Shown here: in pieces, positions 25,701 to 36,341 of the stretch
How positions within the stretch are numbered: the stretch's first letter is position 1
How the letters are laid out: the number at the start of each line of letters is the position of its first letter
Assembly: GCA_002269645.1 (NCBI GenBank)
Contig: NIVC01002222.1
Location: 104,539 to 168,538, forward strand
Direction of reading: 5' to 3'
Length of the DNA stretch: 64,000 nucleotides
From: Macrostomum lignano
Taxonomy: Eukaryota
Program-made: the position numbers and the translations under genes
Notes under the pieces: model-generated
Told to the model about the DNA's origin: nothing
Databases searched by the model: none
What the model saw: only the letters and a program-made list of their open reading frames with translations

Positions 25701-28700
25701 AAGCTTCCAAAGCTAGAAGAAATCCTTTCTAAAATTCCTAATGCCAAGTACTATTCAGTCTTGGATTTGGAAGACGCGTTTCTTCAAGTTGCACTTTCGC
25801 CTGAGAGCCAGAAACTTACCTGCATCTCTACGCACCTGGGCTACTTCGCTTTCAAAAATCTTCAGTTCGGAATTTCCGCAGCACCATTAATATTCCAAGA
25901 AGTCATGGATGATGTGCTCAGAAACGTAGAATGCACTGCTTCATATCAAGACGACATAATAATCGGAACTCCCGGAGACCGACAACAACACATCCTGGTG
26001 CTAAACAAGGTAAAGCAACGTTTGGCTGACAATGGGTTCAAGATTAAGGCCCGCAAGTCACAGGAATGCTTACAAAGCGTCAAGTTTCTCGGGTTCATTC
26101 TCCACAACGGCAAGCTCGAGCCTGATCCAGCGAGAATAGAGGCATGGGAAAATATGCCAGATCCCGCGGATAAAGACCAATTAAAAAGCGCCTTGTGTAC
26201 TCTTCGACACTACGGCCTGTTCTGCAAGAATTTTTCTATCATCGATCGACCATTGTATTCATTATTGAAGAAAGGACAGCACTGGTTCTGGAACAAAGAA
26301 CATTCACAGGACTTCACGAGATTGAAGCAAAGTATTCGACAAGGAGCAATAACTGCTTACGACTCGTCCAAGCGTCTGTTTCTGACTTGTGATGCGTCAA
26401 AGGATGGATTGGGGTTCGTGCTCTCTCATGACAGAGAGCAGAGACAGATTGTTTGGCTCGGAAGCAGAGTGCTCACACCCGCAGAAGGCAATTATGCAAA
26501 TATCGAACGAGAGGCGCTGGCTTATCGTCGAAGGAGTTAAGTATTTCCACCAGTTTCTCGCCGGAAGAAGATTTACTATTCTATCAGACCACAGACCGCT
26601 TCAGTTCATTTTCGATCACAATAAATCGTCTGAGCGTGTTTCCGCCAGGCTTCAACGCTGGTCGCTCATTCTACGAGCGTATGACTACAAGATCGAATAT
26701 TCCAAAGGCGATTCGATGTACGCCGCTGATACTCTGTCGCGACTTCCAAGTGGCATCCTCTCTTGAAAGAAGCTTTTGCTTTAGCACTTGATTCCGCAAG
26801 CCAAATATGTACTGCGACAGAATTAGTTCGTCTCGGAGATCACCGAATCTGCATTTGTTGGCTTGGCGCTTTAGACATTCGATGTAGGTAGCAATCGATT
26901 CACCCTCCTTTTGCACCATGGAGTGAAGCACGTGTCTCTCATAGTGAAGCAATGTTTTGGGCTTAAAATGTGCGGTTAGCGAACTCTGGATATCATCGAA
27001 CGTTACTTCGTCCTTCGTGATGTCTTTTGGCTTTGCAAGCTCTTCTATCAGCGTGAAGGCTGCGTCTCCGCATGTCGCTAGAAGTACTGCTTTGGAGTGA
27101 GCTTGCTTCCCTGAAGCCACCAAGTAAAACTGCAGTCTTTTGAAATACTGCTCAATCTCAGGATAAGAAAGAGGCAATTCTCCAAGTCGAAAATCCAGCG
27201 GCTGAGTCATCAGTCCTGCGAACGTAAGGTAGTCAGTACACAGCTTCTTCAGTGAATCCAGATCCTATCATCGTCGCCATGTTACGGTTGAAGAACACGA
27301 AGGCACTTGGGTTTATGAATTGAAGGAGGGCGTATTTCTTTTCCCTTAAGGGCATTGAAGTTTCTAGCAAACGAGGTGTACGGTAACATTTTGCCCCGAT
27401 GGCACATAGACTACTTTTAGAAGAAAATAAATCTATGAATAATGCAGCATAGCATACAGCATATGCAACACTCCTATATCTCCTCTCTCTCCTCTCTCTC
27501 CTCTCTCTCCTCTCCTCCCCTCTCTCCTTCCTCTCTCTCCTCTCTCTCCTCTCTCTCCTCTCCTCCCCTCTCTCCTTCCTCTCTCTCCTCTCTCTCCTCT
27601 CTCTCCTCTCTCTCCTCTCTCTCCTCTCTCTCCTCTCTCTCCTCTCTCTCCTCTCTCAACTCCCTCTCTTCCTCTCTCTCTCCTCCCCTCTCTCCTCTCT
27701 CTCCTCTCTCTCCTCTCTCTCCTCCCCTCTCTCCTCTCTCTCCTCCTCTTCATTCTCTCTCCACCTTCCTCTTTCTTATCATATAAGCGATTCCATTCCC
27801 CTGCCCCTCTCTTCTCACTACCCGATCACTTTCCCACTGCTATTTTGGCAAAGAAGATATTTTGCATGTTTTCGCTACTACTTGGGAAACTCTTAAAACT
27901 CAAGCCGATCAAGCTTGTCTTCAACAAAAAGCTGCTCAAGAAGCTCAAGTAAGTAAAAACGCAAAAGTTTACAAAGCGCGCGCGGCCTAATTAGATGCAG
28001 CGTCGCAGGCTGGGAGCTGCGCGAGAAGATGGATTTTTGACAACAATAAGGACAAGAATCTCAGCCGGACAGTGAAGGGCGTGGGAAGGCGAGCAAATGG
28101 GACAGATGGGGGGAGGGCCTGATGAGCTCATTGCAGCCGCCAAATCATCTGGAGCCAGCCTCGCCCAGACAGAGCTCCTTAATTCAATCCCCACTCTCCT
28201 CGCCTTTGCCTTTTTTCTGAGGCGGCGGGCGCGCGCCTTTGGGTTGCGCATTTTGCCGCCGCCCGGCCGCCTTTCCCAGGAGGCCCCTCGGCTAATGAGG
28301 TGCCATTGGCGAGGCTGCGGATCGCTGCAAGCCGCACTGGACGCCCCTTTGTGCTGGAGTCGGGGGGGGGGGCTTTTTGAGAAGCTTTTTCTTTTCTGAC
28401 AACCGAGCAGTTGGATGCACAGATCAAATGAGTTGCTAGCAGCAGCGACAGATGGGTGAGTGAACCCGTGCTGGGTTTGGGGCTTTTTTTCACGGATAGA
28501 ACAAAGACCAAGTCCACCATGCAGCATCCTAGTAGGTAACTAGGCTCATAGAACAAAGACGTCTGCCCAATGGGCAGATGTGCAACCGACAGCTCAGTCG
28601 CAGCCATTGCGCGGCGCATCTGAAGGCTGCCTACGGCTGTTCAGTCCAAGGACTGTGGGGTCGCCACACACACCCTCAATTACCCCAGCTAATGCTGGCA

Positions 28701-29395
28701 CCGCATTTTAAAGTTGGGTGAACTGAAGCAATGCAGAGTTAAGTGTCTTGCTCAAGGACTCAAACTGTGTCAGTAAGAACGGGAATCGAACCCCCAACCT
28801 TCAAGTCATGAGTCTGACGCTCTAACCACTAGGCTACAACTCTTTTTTGCAAGTCCTTCATTCAGCAGCTCAGCAGGTAACTAGGCGCATAGAACAAAGA
28901 TTCCCAAGTTATCCATGCAGAATCCCAGCAGGTAACTAGGCGCATAGAACAAACAAAGACGCAAGTTCTCCATGCAGCATCCCAGCAGGTAACTAGGCGC
29001 ATAGAACAAACAAAGACGCAAGTTCTCCATGCAGCATCACAGCAGGTAACTAGGCGCATAGAACAAAGACCCAAGTTCTCCATGCAGCATCCCAGCAGGT
29101 AACTAGGCGCATAGAACAAAGACCCAAGTTCCTAATGCAGCATCCCAGCAGGTAACTAGGCGCATAGAACAAAGACCCAAGTTCCTAATGCAGCATCCCA
29201 GCAGGTAACTAGGCGCATAGAACAAAGACCCATGTACTCCATGCAGCATCCCCAGAGCAGAAACAGTTCAAACTCACCAGCTGGTCCCAGAATGAGTGCA
29301 GCAAGGCTCAGAAGGCACAGCTGAAGCCCGCCTGTCACTGCGGCAGTCACTCTGACCCGAGTGACCTCTAAACTTTTCTTAGACACGCCGGTCAT
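9305..29395 (-). CDS. Three-Ig cell-surface protein, lachesin/DIP/IgLON-like, with signal peptide and probable GPI-anchor tail (~480 aa, 8 exons)
   Basis: Exons 29395-29278, 24308-24157, 18199-17980, 15961-15794, 12645-12520, 11269-10925, 10396-10199 and 9420-9305 total 1443 nt with consistent phases. Features: signal LQLCLLSLAALILGPA; Ig1 ASLPC..VIW..DRGLYSC; Ig2 LTLRCAADGSPPPSISW..GIFQCLADNG; Ig3 VMC..YW..DFGVYECVAKSELG; Ser/Ala stalk; hydrophobic C-terminus. The exon 3 acceptor is the least certain boundary. Confidence 0.85.
9857..10190. repeat. (TCTG)n/(CCTG)n microsatellite
   Basis: Tetranucleotide run beginning right after the splice donor at 10198 (minus strand). Confidence 0.97.
10444..10890. 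repeat. 20-bp minisatellite
   Basis: Units GGGACTCCGATTGAGTATTC and GGGACTCCGATTGAAGGTTC. Confidence 0.95.
11320..12475. repeat. 38-bp minisatellite with degenerate flanks
   Basis: Unit AGAGTGAATCTTCTAGATTGAATCATAGAGAATCGTAC. Confidence 0.95.
12970..13275 (+). mobile_element. tRNA-derived SINE, family A, copy 1
   Basis: tRNA-like head with A box (GCAGCCTAGTGGTTAGAGC) and B box (GGTTCGATTC), body GGCAAGACACTTAAC...CACCCAGCTGTAAAATGGG, and TATTAT tail. Three more copies occur in the window. Confidence 0.85.
13652..13695. repeat. (CCGAAGT)n heptamer run
   Basis: Several perfect tandem copies. Confidence 0.9.
13830..15660. repeat. 23/46-bp minisatellite with higher-order structure
   Basis: 46-bp dimer CTGGTCTGGCGACTCCATTACAGCAGGTCTGGCGCCTCTCTTACAC grading into the 23-bp monomer CTGGTCTGGCGCCTCTCTTACAC. 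Confidence 0.96.
15975..16480. repeat. 23-bp minisatellite abutting a splice acceptor
   Basis: Unit GAGTAGAGTGTGAGAATTGGTGT. Confidence 0.96.
17105..17945. repeat. 27-bp minisatellite
   Basis: Unit ATTAAGGATTTGGGACTAAGATTAAGG. It explains the IKDLGLRLR ORF. Confidence 0.95.
18228..18802. repeat. (TATTC)n/(CATTC)n pentanucleotide satellite, left part
   Basis: Direct pentamer run interrupted by a Gypsy insertion. Confidence 0.97.
18803..23094 (+). mobile_element. Ty3/Gypsy LTR retrotransposon (probably Mag-like), full length but defective
   Basis: Identical 213-bp LTRs at 18803-19015 and 22882-23094 (TGTT..AACA), PBS TGGTGACGAGGAT, PPT GGGAAGGAG, and CATTC on both flanks. Gag has two CCHC knuckles; pol has protease DTGS, RT YQDD, RNase H TDAS and integrase. 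Lesions: TGA at 19094-19096, TAA at 19808-19810, frameshifting deletion at about 21570. Confidence 0.97.
23095..24120. repeat. (TATTC)n/(CATTC)n pentanucleotide satellite, right part
   Basis: Continuation of the array split by the Gypsy element. Confidence 0.97.
24545..24722 (-). mobile_element. tRNA-derived SINE-like element, family B (or tRNA pseudogene)
   Basis: The reverse strand reads GGGGCTGGGCAGCTCAGCGGTACCGCGCCTGACTCTGGCGTCAAAGTACCGGGTTCGATTCTC (A and B boxes), followed by about 110 bp of body unrelated to family A. Confidence 0.55.
24853..27388 (-). mobile_element. Rearranged, 3'-truncated Ty3/Gypsy element with internal inversion
   Basis: Minus strand: 109-bp LTR-like segment 27280-27388 (TGTTAC..GTAACA), PBS TGGCGACGATG, gag N-half 27210 to about 26755. 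Plus strand 24853 to about 26755: gag C-half with two CCHC knuckles, protease DTGS, internally deleted RT (YQDD) and RNase H, with frameshifts. No integrase and no second LTR. Confidence 0.88.
27478..27775. repeat. CT-rich simple repeat
   Basis: (CTCTCTCCT)n-type run. A similar run lies at 24722-24850. Confidence 0.93.
28561..28840 (-). mobile_element. tRNA-derived SINE, family A, copy 2
   Basis: Reverse complement of the 12970-13275 element, inserted into a 53-bp minisatellite. Confidence 0.87.
28865..29255. repeat. 53-bp minisatellite (one further unit at ~28495-28560)
   Basis: Unit CAGCAGGTAACTAGGCGCATAGAACAAAGACCCAAGTTCTCCATGCAGCATCC. Confidence 0.93.
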
Positions 29396-30105
29396 GATTG
29401 GCGTCCGTAACCTTCAAATTCCTTACAACCAAGGTGAAAACTTCAAACAAAAATACCGAGTGAATACCTGAAACTCGGAGCCGCGATAAAAAATTCGACT
29501 CTATCTTAAGCTGTCCATCAGCTGCTGTCGGCAAGAGGAAGCTCCTGATTGGCTGGCATCAGAGAACTGCCTGCTGCGCCAATTGGGGATGATGCTTGCC
29601 ACTTTCCATGCAGCGATGGACCCCTAGGGCAGGATTAGCGCTTGGCTCAGCACCCAGCAGCTTCAAGGTTCAATGCTCCGGGACCCGATGTCATACCGGC
29701 ACGCCCGATTGAACTCGAATCAGACACCGGCTAATCACCCCCGCCCACAGGCCCGGCTATCTCAGGGAGACCCAGAGCCAGAGCCTGGAGTAGCGGCTCT
29801 CCCTCAGCCCTGGCTCCCCTATTTTTTAGTTTGGAAAATAATAAAATTTCCTGTTGCGCCCCCCTGAGGTCACTCTGGTGTTTTCTGAGAGCTACTCGTA
29901 ACTAACGGCGTATTGTGTTACTATTATTATTGTTGTTTGTTTTCTCACCCCCCTCCTACTCAGACTCACCTGGGCATCCTTCCCGTTTAACGCCCACCTC
30001 TCTGCGTCTCCGCCTGATTATGTGGTAGATGAAGAATGAAGGAGTTTGGAAGTTGAAAAATTCTTTTGACACCGCTCATTTGTCGTCGAACAGTTTGACG
30101 GCAAC

Positions 30106-30730
<625 letters not shown>

Positions 30731-31427
30731 TATATATATTTTTTTCTCTGTATCTCTCTTTCTCTCGTCTATCTTATCTCTCTATCTCTATATACCTCTC
30801 TCTCTAGAGAGAGGGGCTTGCAATCTTGGAAAACTATTTGTAGTTGTTGCTGTGGTTGTTGTTGTTGTTGTAAACTGAAGCACCGCAGTCAGCCTTACAA
30901 TTTTCTTAAATCCGTGGTTCGGGAAGAGTCGGCATTCCAGACTGCATCTCTGGGCCTCCTTGGCAATCTTATCACCGCCTCTCTCCCTGCCGCCGCCCGC
31001 ATGACTTTGATGAGCGCCGCTTCCCGCGCCCCGGGGCAAGTCATGCGTGCAGACAATAAACTCGTCAAATCAGACCTGTGCGCACATTGTTTTATAGATA
31101 GAGCAGCATATTAATCCGCGGACAGCTTGCTGCTTTTAGTAGCAATTTCTGCCCCTTCTTCCGCTCCTTTGGTGCTTCAAGTTTACAGCCAATTATTGCA
31201 TTCGGCTTTGTAAAGCAGATTCGAAGCTGAAGTTGTTGTGGAATTGGAAGTTCCCGTGACTTGACCAGCAGGTTTTATGACTTTGGAAGGTTGAATGCAC
31301 CCCGAAGTTCGGGCATTCTAGTGCCAGTCTGGAATGATATTCAAGTGCTTGACTTGGGAAATCATTCTAAGGAATGGGCCAGTTCCCCTGCTGTATGCGA
31401 TAGCCATCGCATTGAGGTAGTAAACAG

Positions 31428-33372
31428 AGCGTCAGGTAGCTCTCAGGTGATGCGAATTGTGTCAGGTAGCTCTCAGGTGATGCGAATTGTGTCAGGTAGC
31501 TCTCAGGTGATCCGAATTGTGTCAGGTAGCTCTCAGGTGATGCGAATTGTGTCAGGTAGCTCTCAGGTGATCCGAATTGTGTCAGGTAGCTCTCAGGTGA
31601 TGCGAATTGTGTCAGGGTAGCTCTCAGGTGATGCGAATTGTGTCAGGTAGCTCTCAGGTGATCCAAATTGTGTCAGGTAGCTCTCAGGTGATGCGAATTG
31701 TGTCAGGTAGCTCTCAGGTGATGCGAATTGTGTCAGGTAGCTCTCAGGTGATGCGAATGAGGTGTCAGGGTAGCTCTCAGGTGATGCAAATGAGGTGTCA
31801 GGGTAGCTCTCAGGTGATGCGAATTGTGTCAGGTAGCTCTCAGGTGATGCGAATTGTGTCAGGTAGCTCTCAGGTGATGCGAATTGTGTCAGGTAGCTCT
31901 CAGGTGATGCGAATTGTGTCAGGTAGCTCTCAGGTGATGCGAATTGTGTCAGGTAGCTCTCAGGTGATCCGAATTGTGTCAGGTAGCTCTCAGGTGATGC
32001 GAATTGTGTCAGGTAGCTCTCAGGTGATGCGAATTGTGTCAGGTAGCTCTCAGGTGATCCGAATTGTGTCAGGTAGCTCTCAGGTGATGCGAATTGTGTC
32101 AGGTAGCTCTCAGGTGATGCGAATTGTGTCAGGTAGCTCTCAGGTGATGCGAATGAGGTGTCAGGGTAGCTCTCAGGTGATCCGAATTGTGTCAGGTAGC
32201 TCTCAGGTGATGCGAATTGTGTCAGGTAGCTCTCAGGTGATGCGAATTGTGTCAGGTAGCTCTCAGGTGATGCGAATTGTGTCAGGTAGCTCTCAGGTGA
32301 TGCGAATGAGGTGTCAGGGTAGCTCTCAGGTGATGCGAATTGTGTCAGGTAGCTCTCAGGTGATGCGAATTGTGTCAGGTAGCTCTCAGGTGATGCGAAT
32401 TGTGTCAGGTAGCTCTCAGGTGATGCGAATGAGGTGTCAGGTAGCTCTCAGGTGATGCGAATGAGGTGTCAGGGTAGCTCTCAGGTGATGCGAATTGTGT
32501 CAGGTAGCTCTCAGGTGATGCGAATGAGGTGTCAGGGTAGCTCTCAGGTGATGCGAATTGTGTCAGGTAGCTCTCAGGTGATGCGAATGAGGTGTCAGGG
32601 TAGCTCTCAGGTGATGCGAATGAGGTGTCAGGGTAGCTCTCAGGTGATGCGAATTGTGTCAGGTAGCTCTCAGGTGATGCGAATTGTGTCAGGTAGCTCT
32701 CAGGTGATGCGAATGAGGTGTCAGGGTAGCTCTCAGGTGATGCGAATTGTGTCAGGTAGCTCTCAGGTGATGCGAATTGTGTCAGGTAGCTCTCAGGTGA
32801 TGCGAATTGTGTCAGGTAGCTCTCAGGTGATGCGAATTGTGTCAGGTAGCTCTCAGGTGATGCGAATGAGGTGTCAGGGTAGCTCTCAGGTGATGCGAAT
32901 TGTGTCAGGTAGCTCTCAGGTGATGCGAATTGTGTCAGGTAGCTCTCAGGTGATGCGAATGAGGTGTCAGGGTAGCTCTCAGGTGATGCGAATTGTGTCA
33001 GGTAGCTCTCAGGTGATGCGAATTGTGTCAGGTAGCTCTCAGGTGATGCGAATTGTGTCAGGTAGCTCTCAGGTGATGCGAATTGTGTCAGGTAGCTCTC
33101 AGGTGATGCGAATGAGGTGTCAGGTAGCTCTCAGGTGATGCGAATTGTGTCAGGTAGCTCTCAGGTGATGCGAATTGTGTCAGGTAGCTCTCAGGTGATG
33201 CGAATTGTGTCAGGTAGCTCTCAGGTGATGCGAATTGTGTCAGGTAGCTCTCAGGTGATGCGAATTGTGTCAGGTAGCTTTCAGATGATTTTTAAATTGT
33301 CAGGTAGCTTTCAGATGATTTTTAAATTGTCAGGTAGCTTTCAGATGATTTTTAAATTGTCAGGTAGCTGTC
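31428..33372. repeat. 30-bp minisatellite (~1.9 kb)
   Basis: Unit GTCAGGTAGCTCTCAGGTGATGCGAATTGT with 32-33-bp variants. Confidence 0.97.
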
Positions 33373-34139
33373 AGAGACGATGTCAATGTGGCGTATCAGT
33401 GACGTTACAGTATAGTAAAAAGCAAAAAACTTACGCATGTACAAAGGTAAACAGTATAAAACAGAGACAGTGTACAGGGCTTAAGTATCTCATATTACTG
33501 ATATCACGCATAAATTCAAATTTCGTTACCAATATGCGGAGGCGGAAAAGATAAAACAGAAGGCTAGAGCAGGGCGAGGCCACGAGATGGATGGGGACAG
33601 ACACCAGTTATAAAAAATAAGACCAAAAAGGTCGGCTAAGCAAAATTTGAGCCCCAGCCAGCCCTATCCGCGGCCAAGCGCGCACTGCGAGAAAAGCCAT
33701 TTAAATGTTTTTTGCATGCTGATCTCCTTGCCGCGCAGCTCCAGCGCCGGCGGCCAAACAAGAGTAATGTTTGGAGGCTCGCAATATGCTTAGGGATTGG
33801 GAAGTGTGTTAAGCATTAAGGGCATGTCGATATGGCGTGCCATATTGGCTTGAGGGCTATATTGATCTGTTAGATCGCCCTATACCAATTGCTTTCGGCT
33901 TTATTGCTTAAACTGACATTTCAGTTTTTTGCTTTGGTCCGATTTGCATACGCAGAAGTGTGCACTTTTGGTCTTTTATATTCAATTTGTACGCTTCTAG
34001 TGCTTTTTAACTTAATGTTCTGATAAATTTCTACAGTAAAAATATCAAATATCGACTGCTTCAGTGTATTCTGCACTATATTCGATAAAGTTCAAAATAC
34101 GGAGTGTGTGTACACATGTGAGGACAGGAATTTGTTCAT

Positions 34140-34642
34140 AGCGAGAAATGAGCCGAGATAAATTTATATGTGGATAAAAAGAAAAGCAGTGGGGTGGTGG
34201 TAGAAGCCAATATAAATGTACATGTAGGGTATGAAGCTAGAAGTAATTATAAAGAAAAGGAGTGGGGTGGAGGTAGAAGCCAATATAAATGTACATGTAG
34301 GGTATGAAGCTAGAAGTAATTATAAAGAAAAGGAGTGGGGTGGAGGTAGAAGCCGAGATAAAATGTACATGTAGGGTATGAAGCTAGAAGTAATTATAAA
34401 GAAAAGGAGTGGGGTGGAGGTAGAAGCCGAGATAAAATGTACACGTAGGGTAGGAAGCTAGAAGTGTTTATAAAGAAAAGGAGTGGGGTGGAGGCAGAGC
34501 CAAGATAAAATGTACACGTAGGGTAGGAAGCTAGAAGTGTTTATAAAGAAAAGGAGTGGGGTGGAGGCAGAGCCAAGATAAAATGTAGACGTAGGGTAGG
34601 GTAGGAAGCTAGAAGTGTTATTAAAGAAAAGGAGTGGAGTTC
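34140..34642. repeat. ~73-bp tandem repeat
   Basis: GAGTGGGGTGGAGGTAGAAGCC..ATGTACATGTAGGGTATGAAGCTAGAAG..AAAGAAAAG, about 7 copies. Confidence 0.9.
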
Positions 34643-36341
34643 AACCCAGACAAATGTACACGTAGGACAGGATCAGGAAGTGTGCTTTAATCATGGAGAG
34701 AGAGAGAGAGAGAGAAGCATGTGTACGTCTAAGCATAGGTAAGAAGTTATTAGCGGCGAATCGACAAGCTTTACCTGGCATGCATAAATATGCCTCGAGC
34801 TGCAGTTTCAGCTGACTTTCTGTCGGCAAAAAGTCATGTGACGGGCGAGCGAAAACGACCAGTGAATAGGGACTGTCACCGTGCAGCCTACCGAATCAGA
34901 ATGACACTGACAAGCGGGCAAGTCCCCCATTGATGATGGATGGTAATTGCAGCATATCAGGACAAGCAACAGCTATACTGCGGAAGCAATGCCTGCAATA
35001 ACATTTCCGGTGTGAAGGCGAACACAAATCTGCGACTGTCTCCCGCACTGACACAGCACTGAATCGATGGCCATCGTGCAATACTAAATTGGGATTCGTG
35101 AACATTTTGTACATGACGAGTCTGGCATACCATACTATAGTAATAACCGAGCGTTGAGTGATTTATGATATCGTGCCAAGACAGCCGAGCAAATGAAGTT
35201 AAAAGTTAAATAGATGTAGGCAATATAGCGGAAAATTTCCGATGTTTTCTTTTCATATTGCTGCTAACAAAATATTTTAATTATATAAAATTTAATAGGC
35301 TATTCTAAACTAGGGTTAAATAACTACGAGTAATTAACCTATCAGTCAGTAAAAATACATGTTAACCGAATAAGGTAACTACAAACTACTACAACCAAGA
35401 TAGAAAATTAATTTATCGCAGACTCTACTTAGCAAGAAATTATGTAGTCAATTCGGTCCCTTGACCTTTTGAGGTTTGAAAAGCAATAAATTAAAGCCAA
35501 GAACTTTATTAAGTAATTCTGGCCTCGTAAGTAGCTTTGTTTTTTTAACTCATCAAAATGATTTTTTTTCCAGAGAGCGGCAACAGCAACAACAAGATGG
35601 AGAGGATTGCAATGCAAAATTAACTATAGGAATCTACAGTTATTCCTTTCTTCTATGTCTAAAATTGGCAACAAGGAAGGACTTTTGATTTTCAATTGAA
35701 TATACTGGTTGAACTACTGATCCAGTATCAACAGTAGTATGTAAAAGAAAGCTATTGTATAAAACAAAAGTCCTTCATTGTTAAGCCACTAAATAAACAA
35801 TTGTGCAATCAGTCAGAAAAGCAAATATTCGGCGTCAAAGTTCGAGGAGGGAGGCCGAATGGCGCGCACTGCAACAGCCAAAATACCAGAATAAGTGCAG
35901 AGGCCTCTAATTTTGCACTGGCATAACAGAAAGCCAAGTTTGTACTTTTTGTCAATGGCTAAATATTGAATCATCAATTATCAAAGTGACTAAAAATAGA
36001 AATTAATTAACGAAAAAGCTTACCCGATGAAAACGCTACCCAGACCAAGAAGCGTCCCGCAGTTCGCATTTTAACAGCTCTATTCAGTCTACTTGAGTCA
36101 GTAGAAAGTTAAGCGCTTGTGTTTGCAATGATTCTTTGGCCATTCTTGTCACGGTAACACTTTGAACGGGTTAACGGCTCACTAGTGCGGTAATGTAAAA
36201 GGGCCGAAATTGGGTAAAAATTTAATTAAAAAATTGTTTTACTCAAGCAAAGGACTCTATAAATAAGGAGTCTCAGGATACACCCCGTCAAGAACCAGCG
36301 AACCGGTGACCCTGAGTTGCAGGTCTCTCGGAACACTCGGC

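Noticed and set aside
27991-28527. GC-rich ORFs of 100-178 aa in intron 1 of the Ig gene
   Set aside because: No recognisable domain or splice structure, and they overlap on both strands.
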